Counted from the stretch's first letter, positions 11,934 to 26,913 are shown. The stretch: 64,000 bases of DNA from Amoebidium appalachense (GCA_963693365.1 CAVNZM010000014.1:6138001-6202000), one strand, 5' to 3'. Notes: generated by a model from the sequence alone, not told the origin. Numbers and translations: made by a program.

Positions 11934-12482
11934 GAAAAAAGGGTGCTACGGCATGGCACAAGTACCTACTAGCCTACATACCGTGACAGAAGGATAACGG
12001 ACACACAAGCCTGAAAAGCGTTTTGCGGGTCGTCATATTTATCGCAGGAATGCGGTTACGCAATGCAAAAATAAAAGTCTCGTTTGATTGCGCAAATATT
12101 AACTAAACTTAGATTTAAAGTATGAGGTACGTAAAGTCAGTGCAATGTGTTGGCGGTTCATCTTCGCTTATTCAATGTTGCAAACGTTGATATGTACATT
12201 TTGATACAGTTGGTGTGGAAACAAACTGCGCATGCATGAACACACTTACTGACTTACGGTGCATGTAGATACTGCTTTTCCCGTAGAATTTTCTTCACCA
12301 CCACTACAGTGTGCTGCATAATTCATTAGCACCTTCTTCACATCACAGCAAACCTCATGTACTTAAGCAATGAAGAGCGTAGCTCTCGTGTCATGCAAGT
12401 GATGTTCGAATTCCTTCCAACCGGCGTAGAGTTAGCTTAGTCATTTTCTAAGGTAGGCTGGCACACATACAAAAAACAAAAA

Positions 12483-13878
12483 ATGAACGACACAAAGGGT
12501 AAAACTGTAGAGGTAACAAACCAAGCTCCATTGTCTGTTGCATCAGTTGAAATAATCAATCAAGCACCAGGATCATTCCAAAGCGGAAAGAGCACATACG
12601 TGTCATCCAACTCAGTTGTGTCAACATTTGATTTTCTATCGGGAGAGAGTGCAAAGAAAGATGAAGAAGAGAAATTGAGGTATCACCGCATTACCTTCCC
12701 TAACTTTTTTCGTAAGTCTATTTCTTCTCGTTGCCCTTGAAGCGGCTTTTTTGTTTCTAATTTCAAGGCTGGGGGATGGCGGCGAGGGATTTCTGTGGTG
12801 GGCGTTTGACGCCGGGACTGCGACGCAAACTGCCTTTCAAACATGGCTGAACTCGCGCACGAACAGAACGATGGGGGCCGCTGAAAAACAGCAGGTAGCT
12901 TCAAGTTTCGAGTCTGCGGTCCTGAAATTTCAGGTCGATGTAACCAGGAAGAAACACAACCTGGAAATCGTCTTCAATTACGGGGTCGGCGTGACCGCGG
13001 TGCATGTGTTCCTCATTTCGATGGTCATGTGTTTCACATTTTCCCACCGCAAGGATAAGTCAGTCAAGGCGAAAAGCATACCGTTCCTCGTGCATCTGTA
13101 CTTTTCCGCTTTGTGCGTGCAAGCGGCTGCTCTTGTTGTGGGTGATTCATCAACTTTCCGGATTCTTCCCTACCCTTTCAGCACAGAGAAAATCGATCTG
13201 AAATGGCTGCCTGTGGCCTTACCGGAGGGACTCAGAGCCGCAAAATACAGTGCCGGGGCGTGCATGTTTCTGTCCTTCGCCTGGTGTTTTTTTGCAAATG
13301 CGATTATCCAACGGCTTCGATTGATCTACCTAATTTTCGCCGATCCTTTTAGGCAGCAAAGCAGACACCTGGCGCTCCAATACTATCTGCCCCTCCCCAT
13401 GTTTCTGGTCTGGGGTACCATTGCTTCTATCCCTTTCGCAATCTTAGTTAGCCATAATTTCAACCTGCCTCACAACTCCACCTGGTATGACAGGTATTTG
13501 TTTTCGGGCGCATACACGTCGGTTTTGGCATATAGCGCATGGTACCTGTTTTACAACCTACAAACGAAAAACGCACACCTCATGTTCAGTGATTTCAACG
13601 CAAACCTGCGTTCTCTCATAGTGTTTACCACCAGTTTGGGAGGCGTAGTATTCGTGTCCCCGTTCATATTTCGCACAGAAATTTACAACTGGCTGGTGGC
13701 GGCCGCGGCGCGGGTGGCGGCAACATCCTATGTTTTGGACCATTTTTTCTGTCAGGTGGTACATGAGAGAATGGCCGAGAAAACGAAAAATCAACAGGGT
13801 GGTAAGAATTTGATGCCAACATCAATGCTATCTCTACGCTCGACCTCAGGGGAAAATAATTCTAACCTTAAGAATTGA
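12483..13878 (+). CDS. Multi-pass (about 7 TM) membrane protein, GPCR-like topology
   Basis: ORF 12751..13878 has about seven hydrophobic segments, with basic HRKDKSVKAKS after TM1. Upstream ORF 12483 joins in frame through a putative 31-nt intron (12712..12742, GTAAGT...GAAG). The family assignment is tentative. Confidence 0.65.
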
Positions 13879-13942
13879 AAGTTAATGGAGTACGTCTTTT
13901 TTAAACTGTGTCGTATACTATAGTACGACAATATAATTCTCA

Positions 13943-14187
13943 TTTCCCCCATGTTACAATAGCAGACTGGTCTCTGTTTCACCGAGAAATGAAGTTTAAA
14001 AGTTACTTGACTGCGTTCATTTTAAATGAGTAGAGTACAAACAATCCTTTTTTCCACATGTTACACGGCAGACTGGTTTCTTGAGTACGTTCAAATTTAT
14101 AATATCTTAGAGTACTACTGACAAAGATGCAATTTTTTTTTTAATTTTCCCCCATGTTTAACATGAGCAGACTGGTCTCTGTTTCAA
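13943..14187. repeat. Three dispersed copies of an ~40-bp motif (TTCCCCCATGTT...GCAGACTGGTCTCTGTTTC)
   Basis: Copies near 13943, 14050 and 14146, read directly. Confidence 0.7.
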
Positions 14188-14254
14188 CGGTAACCATCAG
14201 TGAATGAGGCACAGGATGTGGTGTCGTCTTGATCCACTACATTTTTTGTGTCAT

Positions 14255-14309
<55 letters not shown>

Positions 14310-15617
14310 TGAGGCTGGGGGCCGGGGGAGATCTGGGGAGGGAGCCTCAGGGAGGATTATATTTGTTGAACACCCGAGGTTTTGGTGCGCGTCTATCCAA
14401 TCATTATCTCGGATTCTTTGCTCGCTTTGATTGGGTTGAATTGTGCACAAGAGTCAACACGAAAACGTCAGTGGTTCATGCATTCGTGTTTTCTGTTTGG
14501 AAGTCGAGTGGTGTCTAAAACTTGCATGAAGAGAGAGAACTTGAGTCGAAGCGGGTTTTATTTCTATGGGCAAGGAAGTGCTTTCTGGCGGTTGAAGGAA
14601 TACATCTGGTACGTTTTCTCCATCCTCAAGCTACGCCATCTGTTTCCCCCACCTTCCCTCGGTTCTCTGTCTCTCTCACACGCTCATCACCCCATTTCTA
14701 CCCCCCCCCCCCTTCCCCTCCCTCCCCTCGATGATCATCTCCCTCCTCCACACACACACAAACACAAACGGGGCCCTTCCTACTAACTTCCACGTAAAAG
14801 CATTCCCCTAATCCTGATTCATTTTATGTGAAGTGAGTTAAACATACACACCACCAATAGTTTGGCACACGTACGCAGAATGATGAGCGGAGATCTGTGT
14901 TCCAAACCATGCTCCGAAACGATAATGCAGATATGGACGCGCGCACATACCCGCTCACATGCACACACGCGTGCGACTATGCACAATGTAAAAGCACACA
15001 AGCACATAGCACCCGCACACACGTATACTTCAAGACATGCGGAGCATGCAGGCACGCAACACATATGCACAAGCGCCACCGACGTGTTTGCCTGCACACG
15101 CACATGCACACAAGTACGCACACAAAAGCACACCCACACACACATTCATACATACCAAACACCAAAGTGCCACCTCAGCCGGATCCATGCGTTTACCAAC
15201 TGTTCATAACGTTTCTCTGCCCCCGCTTGCCTCTTGATACATCTCTACAGGCCGTGGCGTCCATTGCATAACTATTCCCCCTCCTCCCCCCACTTTCCCT
15301 CCCCCCGCCACACCCTTATACTATCCTCCCCCTTCCCTCCCCTCCTTTCCCCCCCCCCTTTTCCCTCCCCTTCCCCGTCCTTCCCCCCCGTCCTCCCCCC
15401 CCCCCCCCTTTTCCCCCACCCTTTCCTTCCAACTCTCCCCGGTCACGGTGTGTTGAGTGACGAGTGTGCTTGTGTTTACACACATGCCCAGTAGAAGGTC
15501 GTGTGTGTTAGCTATATGTGTGCTGTGTGCTCTTTCCCCTCTTTCTTTCTTTCTTTTTTTTTTGGTTATATGGGAGAATTGGGGCGAGGGCAGTGCCTAC
15601 GTGTGTGTTTTGTGTTT

Positions 15618-15652
<35 letters not shown>

Positions 15653-16234
15653 GGGCGGGGGGGGGGGGGGGGGGGTTTGAATTTTCTTGGTGGGCAGCAG
15701 TGTGGAAGTGTATGCGCTGAAGAGTTTGGTCCACCTAACAGTTTCGTATTTCTTTGCAGGACTACAGCGGCCGAAGGGAGCTGTTGGCTCTGCAAAACTG
15801 GTTGCCAGCACGTAACATCCAAACGGATTACACAAAACATCGCAGAAATAGTATCTATTCATCACTCACGAATATCAATAGGGAACGTGCCGAACAAGAT
15901 TTTTCATTTACGTCATGTGCGATCATGTTTTCGTCGCATTTTTCGTCGCACGACTAGTTCCATTCCTGCCGAGCCCGATGAACCCATCTACCTAATTTTT
16001 CTGCATCCATCCATAGACTCATCGATACTCTTTGTCATGATTCCAAGACACTTGATCGAAAACCCCAACCACACTTTAAACCTATAGGCGCTCTATTTGA
16101 AGATTTAGTGTCACCCCAACCCCTCTTCACCTTCCATATCACTCCATCAACCACCTCCCACTCCACATTTCCTTCCTGGGCATCAACAAAAACAAACCAA
16201 ACAAGAAAAAATTTACCTTGAACCCCCCTTTACC

Positions 16235-16498
16235 ATGTTCAGGCGTCTCATCGACCGATTCCGCCGCCGGCGTTCCCCCACCGAAAGAATGGAACTTGAA
16301 ACCGAGGGGTTGAATGATTCGGATGAGCTCTTGGGGGATGACTCGGGGTCTTTGGGGTCCCTCCCCAGTGATGACGAGTGGAGACATCTGCGGCTGGAAA
16401 ATCCCCCCAGACCTCCTTTTCGGTATTGGGCACCCCCCCTCCCTCCCCCTGCCCATGTCACCTTTTAGTTTCAAATCATGCTCTCTTATGTATAACCC

Positions 16499-16549
<51 letters not shown>

Positions 16550-17274
16550 ACACACACACACCACCACCCCACCCCATTCCCCGCCTCACCACACGCTGCG
16601 CACGTGCAGGCACAGTTTCTTCGCTCTTGCTCTCCCCTGTTGTGTTTAATTTCTGTTTCGTAACCGAATTCTTTCTTCGCTTACTCTATTCTTCTCCCTC
16701 GTTCTGCCCTCCCCCTCCTCCCCCCCCCCCCTCCCCCCTCCCCCCCCTCCCCCCCCCCCCCCCCCCTTGTCTCCCCCCTCTTCCCCGCCCCTTCTCCTGC
16801 TGCCTTACTCCCTCCCTCTCGCCCCATCCACCTCGCCCTTCCTGGTCCCCCCCCTCCCCCCCCCCCCCCCCCCCTTCTTCCTCCATTGTCACTGCAACAA
16901 TGAAGCTTTACAATCTCTCCCTTCTTCCTCACTTCCTCCCTTCCCCTTCCATGCCCCTCCCCCCCCCCCCCCCCCCCCCTTCCCCTTGTCGCTCCACCTC
17001 CAGCTCGCCCTCCATCCACTCCCCCTCCCCCCCTCCCCCCCCTCCCCCCCCCCCCCCACACACACACACCCATCTCTGCTCGCTGACCGCTCCCTCCTAC
17101 GTTATTTAAGTAGCTTCGTTTTCCATTTCACAAAATTTTCGTTCTCCCCGCGTCCCTTTTCTCAAGCCCCTGCCCAAAGGCTCACAAGTCACACCCCCGT
17201 CTCTTTCATTGGTCCATAAACCCCTTCCCTTTCACAATCCCTTCTTACACCCGTACCTAACACCCGGCCTCCCC

Positions 17275-17305
<31 letters not shown>

Positions 17306-17389
17306 ACACACCTCACCCCCTCTCCCGAATGCATAAACGTGTCCGGCAAGCCACCCCCTGCTCTCCCCCCTTCATCCGCACACCGCATC

Positions 17390-17421
<32 letters not shown>

Positions 17422-17991
17422 ACACACAGGCAGAATGGCCGCTACTGCTGGGGGGGACTGTCCAAATGCCAATTTGTCGCATTTTTGGGTTTTATCCTCC
17501 TGTCCATAACCCTCTCAATCACTATCCCGGTCGGAATTTTCATCGGAGGGGGTTCCATCGCGCAACACTACGCTGGGGCCTTTGACGATTTTCAAATTTC
17601 AAACCTGACCATTAATAGTATCCAATGGGATTCGACGCTGCGGATCGGTTTTACGTTTAGCATTAGCAGTGTTCCATACGGCGTAAATTTCGAGGCGGGG
17701 GGGTCCCAAGTGGGGCTCTATACGGATTCCGGTGTGGAAGCTGCTAGAATGACGCTTCCCAGGTTTTCTGTGAGGAATGGCCAATGCTCGGTTGCGGTGG
17801 ACACGTTTTTGGTTGTTTCGAATATGTCCCTGGTGCAGCCAAGGTGCGTGTTTTGCTTTTTCTTTCGGTCTTTCTTTCTTTCTTTCTTTCCTTGATTGCT
17901 TTTTTTCCTTTTTTTTTTCTTCTTTTTTAATTATGTTCCTTATTTCTTTTTTTCCTTCTTTCTTTCTTTCCTTGATCCCCCCCCCCCCCCT

Positions 17992-18026
<35 letters not shown>

Positions 18027-18052
18027 GTTCCTTTTTTCTTTTTCTTTCTCCG

Positions 18053-18094
<42 letters not shown>

Positions 18095-18186
18095 TTTTTT
18101 TTTTGGGGGGGGGAGCCCCCTACCTCATTTTTTTTTTTTTCCGTCATCTTCTTCTTCTCCTTCTTCTTTTCCTTTTTTTTTTTTTT

Positions 18187-18217
<31 letters not shown>

Positions 18218-19028
18218 GGGGGAGGGGGGTCGTTTTCAGCTGTTTCCCACTCTTTCCTCCCTCTCTCTGTGGGGGGTTGTGTGAGTACGGGGTTAGTTGT
18301 GTTGGGAATGTGTAGGTGTGTGTTTGGAATGTGTGTGCACGTGCATGCATTCCCGCCTGTGCATGCCTGTTCGGGGAAGGAGGGGCTGATGTGTACATGA
18401 TGTTTACGTGTGTGTGTGTGTGTGTGTGTGGACTGGAGAATATTGGGGAGAGGGGGAAGGGGTAGAGAAGGATGGGCCAAAAGGCCGCTGTTAATAATTT
18501 GCCCTTATATCCCCCCTCTCCCCCCCCCCCCCCCCCCCCCCGGCCCCCGCGCCCCAGCCCCTCGCCTTCTTCTCCCCCCCCCCCCTCCCCACTCCCCCCC
18601 CCCCCCTCCCCCCTTTTGGCCCCCATACACACTTTTCTCTCTCCTTCCATAGCCCCTCACTCTTTCTCCCCCCCCCCCCCCCCCCTCCCCCCCCTCCCCC
18701 CACCCACACACGCACACACACAACGTACACGCTTGTTTGCTGTTTCTTTCCTCTCTTTCCCACTCCCCCATCCCCCCCCCCCCCCCTCCCCCCAATTTCC
18801 TTCCCCCTTCACGCCAACCTCTCTTTCACTTTCTTCAAGGCTCCCTCCCTCTCTCCTTCTATTCCCCCCCGCCTCCCCCCCTCTCCCCCTCCCCTCCCCG
18901 CCACACACACACACACACAACTGACCTTACATGCAGTTTTCCTTTAACTCTGATTTGATTTTGATTGTGGTTTTTCAATGCCGTTGGAGACCATTATATT
19001 TATGTACCCCCCCCCACCGCCCCCCCCA

Positions 19029-19077
<49 letters not shown>

Positions 19078-19214
19078 CACACATCCCCTCCCCCACACAC
19101 ACATCCCCTCCCCCCACCCTACATGTACACACACACATCCCCCCCCTCCCCCCCCTGTCCCCCCCCCTCCTCCCCCCACACACACATCCTCCCCCCCAGG
19201 CGCACACACATATA

Positions 19215-19252
<38 letters not shown>

Positions 19253-19420
19253 ACCACACACACACACATCCCTTCCCCCACACACACATCCCCCCCCCCC
19301 CCCCCCCCTACATGTACACACACATCCCCCCTCCCCCCCTCCCCCCCCCCCCCCCCTCCCCCCCCCCCCCCCCCCCCACACACACATCCTCCCCCCCCCC
19401 CCCCACGCGCACACATACAT

Positions 19421-19458
<38 letters not shown>

Positions 19459-21301
19459 ACCCAACACACACACACATACCCAATACCCACACACAGCTTT
19501 CTCCGTGCCATAGTGGACGGAAAAGAAGGCCTTCTAGTCAGGGGGGTTCTTCCCGTCACTGTGAATCTACCGGGAACAAGTGCCACATTCTTCCCTTCCC
19601 TCGAGCGAAGACTATCCACCACGTCCCCCCAGATGAAATCATTGTTACCCCCCGACGTATTTACGCTGGCGCCGTGGGTGAAGGAAATGTTGGATTTATT
19701 TGGACTAACACAGCCGTTTGATTGGCTTATAAACCCCCCAACCACGGCAGAAAAGACGAAATTGCAGGCGTCGGTGCGGGTGTTGGATGAGTGGTATAAT
19801 AGCCATTTAAGGCAACTAACGGCCGTTTTGGATTGGTGGAAACAGAACAGCGAGAGAACGTGGGAGTCGATCAGGCGGGTGGTTGGCGTGGTTACCAAAA
19901 GCGGTAGGTGGGACGAAGGATTGTTGCCAAATTTGGAAAAAATTATCACAAACGTCATAGCACCCAATTGGTCCCTTGTCATGCAACGGATAGATTCATG
20001 CGTGACTTACGTGGATGATCATTGGGCGGCGTTGGGGACGGCCTCCACAGACGTTTTTGATTGGATGTCGCAGCAAGGGGACCAATTATGGACAGTTGCA
20101 GCGGATGTTTGTGATTGGACACTTCGGAATTGGAACCGCACGTTTTCATTGGTCAAATCCATCGTACCATGGGCACGTGAACATTGGACGAATGTTTCCG
20201 CTGCGGCAGGGAAACTTCTGGAATGGGCGGGCAGTAGGGCAGATCCTCTCACGCGATTGGTCGAAAACATAATCACGTGGGTGGTTTCCCAGTGGGACGC
20301 TATCCAATCACTTTTGACATTTGTCTACGATGCGACCATCGGGTGGTGGGACCGTTTTGGCCAATCGGTAGCAGCGATTATTACCTGGGGGACACGACAC
20401 GGAGACGAAATTTCGACGATTTCACGCGAGACGTTGGCATTTTTAGGAAAGAACAACCAGTCGTTTGGGGTGTTATGGGACAACATAAATAAATTTTCGA
20501 GCGAAAATTCGGATGCGGCGGTGGTTTGGGCAGCGCGGGAATGTACGACGGTCACGGGTATGTGGGAGGGGGGGCTCACGTGGGCCAATTCTCATTGGAC
20601 TATATTAGCCAATGGAGCACAAGGAATGGCGGGCTGGGCGGCAAATAACACCGATTTATTGGCTGACGTGGCAACGCAAGCGGGTAATTATATAATCGGC
20701 GACTGGGATCGGGTTTATAATTGGACGGCACGAACGGGGTATTTCCTTAGCGCCAACAAGCCTGGAATCGCCTATGTGAGTGAATTTTCACGGAAGATGT
20801 CTGGAGCATTGGGAGATTTGGAGGGCGGGGTTTTTACGAAAATTTACGGGTGGGTTAGGTGGGCGGTGAAAGTTGGCGCCGCGGTGACGGAGGCGAATTT
20901 GGAACTCGCAACCCCAGCCATGAGGTGGTTACTGGAACACGGGGTGAGAATTTCCGATTTTTTCATTGGACCCCATGGGGGATTGAAGAATTTTTTCAAC
21001 GCAATTTACGACGTTTCGTTGGCTGTGAACCGCGTGAACACTACCGAGGCGATGGAGTACGGGTCGGCGGAATTTCACGATTTTTTCAACGTCGAGGGAG
21101 GGGTCTCAAAATATGACTCGGTAAATGGTTTGGCGCAGTCATTTTTCGTTACTTTTGCGCAGGGGTTTTTAGATTTGTGGATGGGGGCTAGGGGGATTGT
21201 GAGGAAGGAATTGATGGATCAGTGGGAGCCGAGGGGGGCAAAAGTTTTGATTGATTCGGCAAGAGAGGCCGGTGTGGATTTAGAGGTGATAGTTCCCCCG
21301 T

Positions 21302-21332
<31 letters not shown>

Positions 21333-22394
21333 CCCCCCCCCCCCCCCCCCTCTCCCCTCCCCGCCCCACCCCCTCCCCGCCCCTCGGCCGCAAATGCACA
21401 TGTGTCAAGCAAGCTTCCCTCTCCCTCTCTCCGTCTCCTTTTCTTCTCTGACTCGTGGGCGTCTGTTCTCTCTCTCTCTCTCCCCCTCTCTCTCTCTCCC
21501 CCCCCCCCCCCCCCCCCCCCTCCCTCCCTTCCTCCCTCCCTCCCTCCCTCCCTCCCTCCCTCCCTCCCTCCTCTCCCTCCCTCCCTCCCTCCCTCCCCTC
21601 CCTCCCTCTCGCTTCCCATCATCCTCTCTGTGCCTCCCCCCACACACACACACACACACACATTTCCTTCTTCCTCAAACTTCTCTCCCTTCCACTCAAT
21701 CCCTCTCTCCTCCCACCCCATTCCCCTCCCCCCTCCCCCTTTCCAACCTTCCAACCAACACATTCCCTGCCTTGTTCCGTAGGGCAAACAAACACCACTT
21801 TTGTCTGTGTGAGGCAAGAGGTATGAGTAAGGCACTGTGCCTCACGTTATTATACAATTTGCTTCTTTTCCTTCTTTGTTTGTGTGTTCCAGCAAAAGAA
21901 GGGGGTTAAAGGGGGTTTCTTTTAGCTTTTCGGGCCGGGTAGGGTCAGAGGCAATTCTAGCTATATGATTGGTGTGCTGCGCATCGGCTGCGCACCATCT
22001 TTTTGCCGGCAGCAAGGTACAGATGCATCATAATACAACAAAAAAGAAAAAGAAAAGAGGAAAAAAAAGGAAAATAGGAGGGAAAAAAAAATAATAAAGC
22101 GTTTGGAAGAAAACTGCAGTTCATATCATGATTTATATGCTGAGCAAACGGCTTGACCCGGATGTGCTGGAATGGGGACAATTAATCGGCCTAAAAGAAA
22201 CCTCCTCTAAGGGGCAGGGGGGGGGGGCGGGGGGGGGGTTGGGCACGGGGAGGGAGCCGGGGGGCGGGGGGGGGGGGGGGGGAGGGAGGGCTAAATTAGG
22301 AACTCCTGCCCTTCCCTTGGCCATTTCTCCCTTTCACTTACCCCCCCCCCCCCCTCCCCCCCAAACCACCACCACCACCACCACAGACACACGC

Positions 22395-22462
<68 letters not shown>

Positions 22463-22734
22463 CCATCATCAAAGAGGAATTTGGAGCTCTAATCGGTCTG
22501 GTCTTCAGCAACCTCTCGCCACAGAGTTTAGTAGACGTTTGCGTATATTCGCAAAAGACAGACCCTAGTAAGGCAATAATGCGAAAGGTGATTGGGCGAG
22601 TTCTTAGCCACTGGAATTTCAGCGATATTAGTAACACCGCATACCAATGGTTGAGGGTTTCTCAGGCTTATGTCGATACTACAATTAGGGCAATGGCACC
22701 CCATATCCCGGCCCGAAATTCGACGGTAAATTAA
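16235..22734 (+). CDS. Type II membrane protein (about 887 aa): N-terminal TM, beta-rich LEA_2/DUF3712-like domain and long 18-aa-periodic Trp-rich amphipathic helical repeat
   Basis: join(16235..16422,17430..17843,19497..21285,22462..22734). All introns are GT-AG with consistent phases; total 2664 nt. TM segment FVAFLGFILLSITLSITIPVGIFIG. The domain label is by resemblance only. Confidence 0.8.
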
Positions 22735-22903
22735 ATTTAGACCCCCCTTTAAGTGTTTCGTTTTGTAGGTTAGACCCCCCCTCGATTTCGTGGGACGGTT
22801 GCATTTGTGGTTGTTTGGCTAGGGATCATCTTTTTGAGACTTGTGCTTGCGTTGGGCTGGACACATGCATATATTACCCGCATGCACACACACACACACA
22901 CAC

Positions 22904-22955
<52 letters not shown>

Positions 22956-23143
22956 ACACACACACATGCACACACACACGCACACACACACACACACACA
23001 CACATCCTTTGCATCGCCACCCTAATACCATCACACACACACACACACACACACACTTGCATGCACATACACAGACACGCACAAACATGTAGTCTAAAAT
23101 TCACACAGACTTCCTTTCCATTGCCACCCTAATACCTTTCCAT

Positions 23144-23244
<101 letters not shown>

Positions 23245-23692
23245 TGCACATACACACACACACACACACAAACGTGTAGTCTAAAAATCACACAGACATC
23301 CTTTGCATCGCCACCCAAATACCTTTTCAACCCAACTGTTCAATTTAGATATTAATGATTTTCAGGGACGCGAGATATGCATGTACCTATAAAGATTGCT
23401 GACGTGGCTCTGAAAGTGGGTGACTTAGAAGAGCCAAGAACACAAAGAGCTAAAATATATCCCGTAACTATCCAATATGAAGTTTAAATTATACTCCGAT
23501 ATTTGGGGTAACTCGAGCTCACGAGGCTTTCCATCGCAAAACATAAACGGCAGTGACATGTGAGGGTGTCATGAACTGTGGTCTGTGCAGTGAATCTTTA
23601 CCCCTTCCCCCCCCCCTCCCCCCCTCCCCCCCCTCCCCCCTTCCTCTTCCTCTTTTCTCTCTTTTTGTGGGGGTTGGGGGGGGGGGGGGGGG

Positions 23693-23728
<36 letters not shown>

Positions 23729-24226
23729 ATGCGCGTGTGTGTGTGTGGCATGCGCGCGCGTGTGTGTGTGTGTGTGTGTGTTGTGTGTTGTGTGTGTCGC
23801 ATGTGCATGGTGTGTGTGCTTTTGTGTGCGTGTGCGTGGTGGTGGTGATTGGGGGGAGGAGGGGGGGGGGGGGGGGGGGGGGGAGGGGGGGGAGGGGAGG
23901 GGGGGTACGCATGTGTTCGAGGGTTGGGGTTGTGAGAGAGGAGATATCAGAAGACAAAACACAAACCGTTACAAAAAAGACAAAATCAAAACATAAATCA
24001 AAACTCATATGGGGGTGGGTATGTGTGACTGTGTGCGTGTGGGTGGGTGGGGGAAGGGGGGGGAGCCGGTATAGTGTGTACGGGTGGGTGCTTGAATATG
24101 TGTGTATAGGGAGGGGGAAGGGGGGGGAGGGGGGGGGGGGGGAGGGGGGGGAGGGGGGGGAGGGGGGGGACGGGGGGGAAGCTTGGAGGTGTGTCAGTGT
24201 TTGTGAGGAGGCAGAGGGGGGGGTAA

Positions 24227-24261
<35 letters not shown>

Positions 24262-24669
24262 TCGCAGGTGTATGCGTGCACACATGTGATCACACCACGT
24301 CATTTCCACTTCAGGATCTTTTTTCTCTTGCACCATGTCGAATACAAAAAACAAGTTTTAAAGTTAGAATTCAAAAGTAGCTTACTAAGTTGTCTGTTGT
24401 AGCAATTTCAGGGCTTAGCAATTACTTAATACACCAGTACAGGAGGTGCACGATAATTGAATTTTTTCGTTTAACAAAGGGAGAACGAAGGATACAGGGC
24501 AAGCAGAAAGACAAAGAGACCATCATGCTATTTATGCTTTGTTAAAAAAATTATACTAGGTAAATACTTAGGCGTGCCTTCAAACTTGAGAGTTGAAAAC
24601 TTTCTAAATTTCTAAATTTTTTAAAATATATCACCAATGAGGGGCCAATCACCTTAGCAGATTTAAATT

Positions 24670-25456
24670 TTAATTTTTATCCTCCCGTGACTCCTCCACG
24701 TCAGCCGAAGACTCGCTCATCTTCTGCAGGTTCTCAAAATGTCTCATTTGCTCCGCCTTCATCGAATCTAATTGGTCCGCGCTATATTTAGGAACCAATA
24801 GCGTCGAAATAGCTCCCGCGCCCATGGCCGCAGCGCTAAAAAACATGACTGACTTTAAACCATAGTTGTTTCCTACAATAGGAAAAGTGTATCCGGCGAT
24901 TCCCGCACCGATTTTCCCCATCGCGGCTGCGAAACCGTGGCACGTTGCTTTAACCTGCGTGGGGAAGTACTCTCCCGGGATGACGTATGTTGTAGCGTTG
25001 GGCCCAAAATTACCGAAAAAGTACGTCAGCCCGTAAAGAAGGATAAAGAGAACCGGGATATCTTTAAGTGACGAAAACGCCGCTCCGAGGATAGTATAGA
25101 TGGCTGTAAGTAGAATGAAGCCAAAGAATTGGATGTTCCAACGTCCAATCAAGTCGAGGAATGCAACGGAGAACCAATAGCCCGGCACTGCCATCAAGAC
25201 GACGAATAGGGAGTTGAGGGCTTTGTCTTCCACCGTGTGCCCTAGACCCATCATCCTGTGGATTTGGTTGGTTAGAAATCATGCTTGTGTGTTTGCCTGA
25301 AATGCTTTCAAGTGAATAGTCTGTATTAAGTAACCTTCACTTACTAAGCTTGGCGTATGTTTCCTTAGTGTGTTGCCGCCCCCTTCCCCCCTTCCCCCCC
25401 CCCCCCCCCCTCCCCCCCCCCCCCCCCCTCCCCCCCCCCCCCCCCCTCCCCCCCCC

Positions 25457-25495
<39 letters not shown>

Positions 25496-25822
25496 CCGCC
25501 GTTCTCCCCTTTCCCTGTGCACAACATACCCATGGGCCACCCCCTCTCCCCCCCTGCCCCTTCAAAACACACACTCGCCTACTCTTCCTTCTAGGCTCTT
25601 TCACGCAGATTCCTCCAAAGTGCTTCTCACGTGTGTGTGTGTGTGTGATAATGTGTGTGTGCGTGCGTGTGTGCGAGTCTGCGCGCACATGTGCATGTGT
25701 GCGTGTGATCTTGCGTGCGTGCCTGTGCAGGGGCCGATGTGTGAATGTCTTTGGCAGCCTAGTAGTGGTGGCTAATTCTGCGGACGCTTGGGAGAAAGAA
25801 GGGGCTGGTGTGTGTAGGCGTG

Positions 25823-25884
<62 letters not shown>

Positions 25885-26882
25885 GGCGGGGGGGGGGGGG
25901 GGGGGCACATACTCTGTAATCATGGTGTTGAACAGCCCATTTCCATAAAAGGCAATATCCAAAAAGAACCACGCACACGCCGTACCAATCATCTCCTTCC
26001 AAAACACCCTCACGGCATGCTTAACGTTGCTCAGATGGCTCACCCTCTCCTTTTTTGCTTCTTTAAAGTCGTCCGTTTCATGCAGCTTGCACCTAAAATA
26101 GAACACGCAGATGGCGGGGACAGCGCCAAAACCTAAGGCTAACCTCCACGTAATTTCATAAGGACACCCCGCCTGAAGTAAAATTACGCAAACGAGAGCG
26201 GCGGTGAGTTTTCCGAACCCCTGCATTGCGAAAACCGACGCCATGACTTTTCCTCGCACGTGCGGGGTTGTTCCTTCGGCCGCGATCGTCGCAGCTAGCG
26301 GATATTCACCACCCACACCCACACCGATTATGAGACGGAACAGAGCTAGTTGATAATAGATGCTAAAGGAATCGGTGTCGACTATGCACGCGCTAAGAAT
26401 AGCACCTGCTATAATTAGCACGCACGTGGTGATGAAAATCACTCTCCGCCCGATGTAATCCGCGCCGCCGCCGAACACCAGTTGACCAATCACGGCGCCC
26501 CAAACGGCAGCGGAACCCACGAGGGATTTGTGTGTTGTTGTTTGGGGGTAGAGGGTAGCCATGATGGCTAGTACGTTGTTGATCACAAAGAGGTCGTAAC
26601 TGTGGGTAGGAGTCATGGTGTGAGCGGCGAATAGTGACGGTTTGTTTTGTTTTTTTCTTTACCAAGATTATTGACGAATTTTTATTGGTAAAGCCGTCTT
26701 TTGGGTGCGAGCGGCCCTTGTGCTGACAATATTTGTTGGTGTGTCACGGGGTCAAACACTTATAAGCGATAGTTTAGGCGAACTTGATACAAACCTAGTC
26801 CCAAGTATAATGCATGTGTGTGTTTGTGTGTAAAGACACTATTATAACAATCGAACTCCTGACTCCTAGATAATGCATGCAT

Positions 26883-26913
<31 letters not shown>

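Noticed and set aside
18931-21909. 992-aa ORF as a single extensin-like protein
   Set aside because: The Pro/His-rich ends are intronic poly(C)/(CA)n; only 19497..21285 is bounded by splice sites and protein-like.
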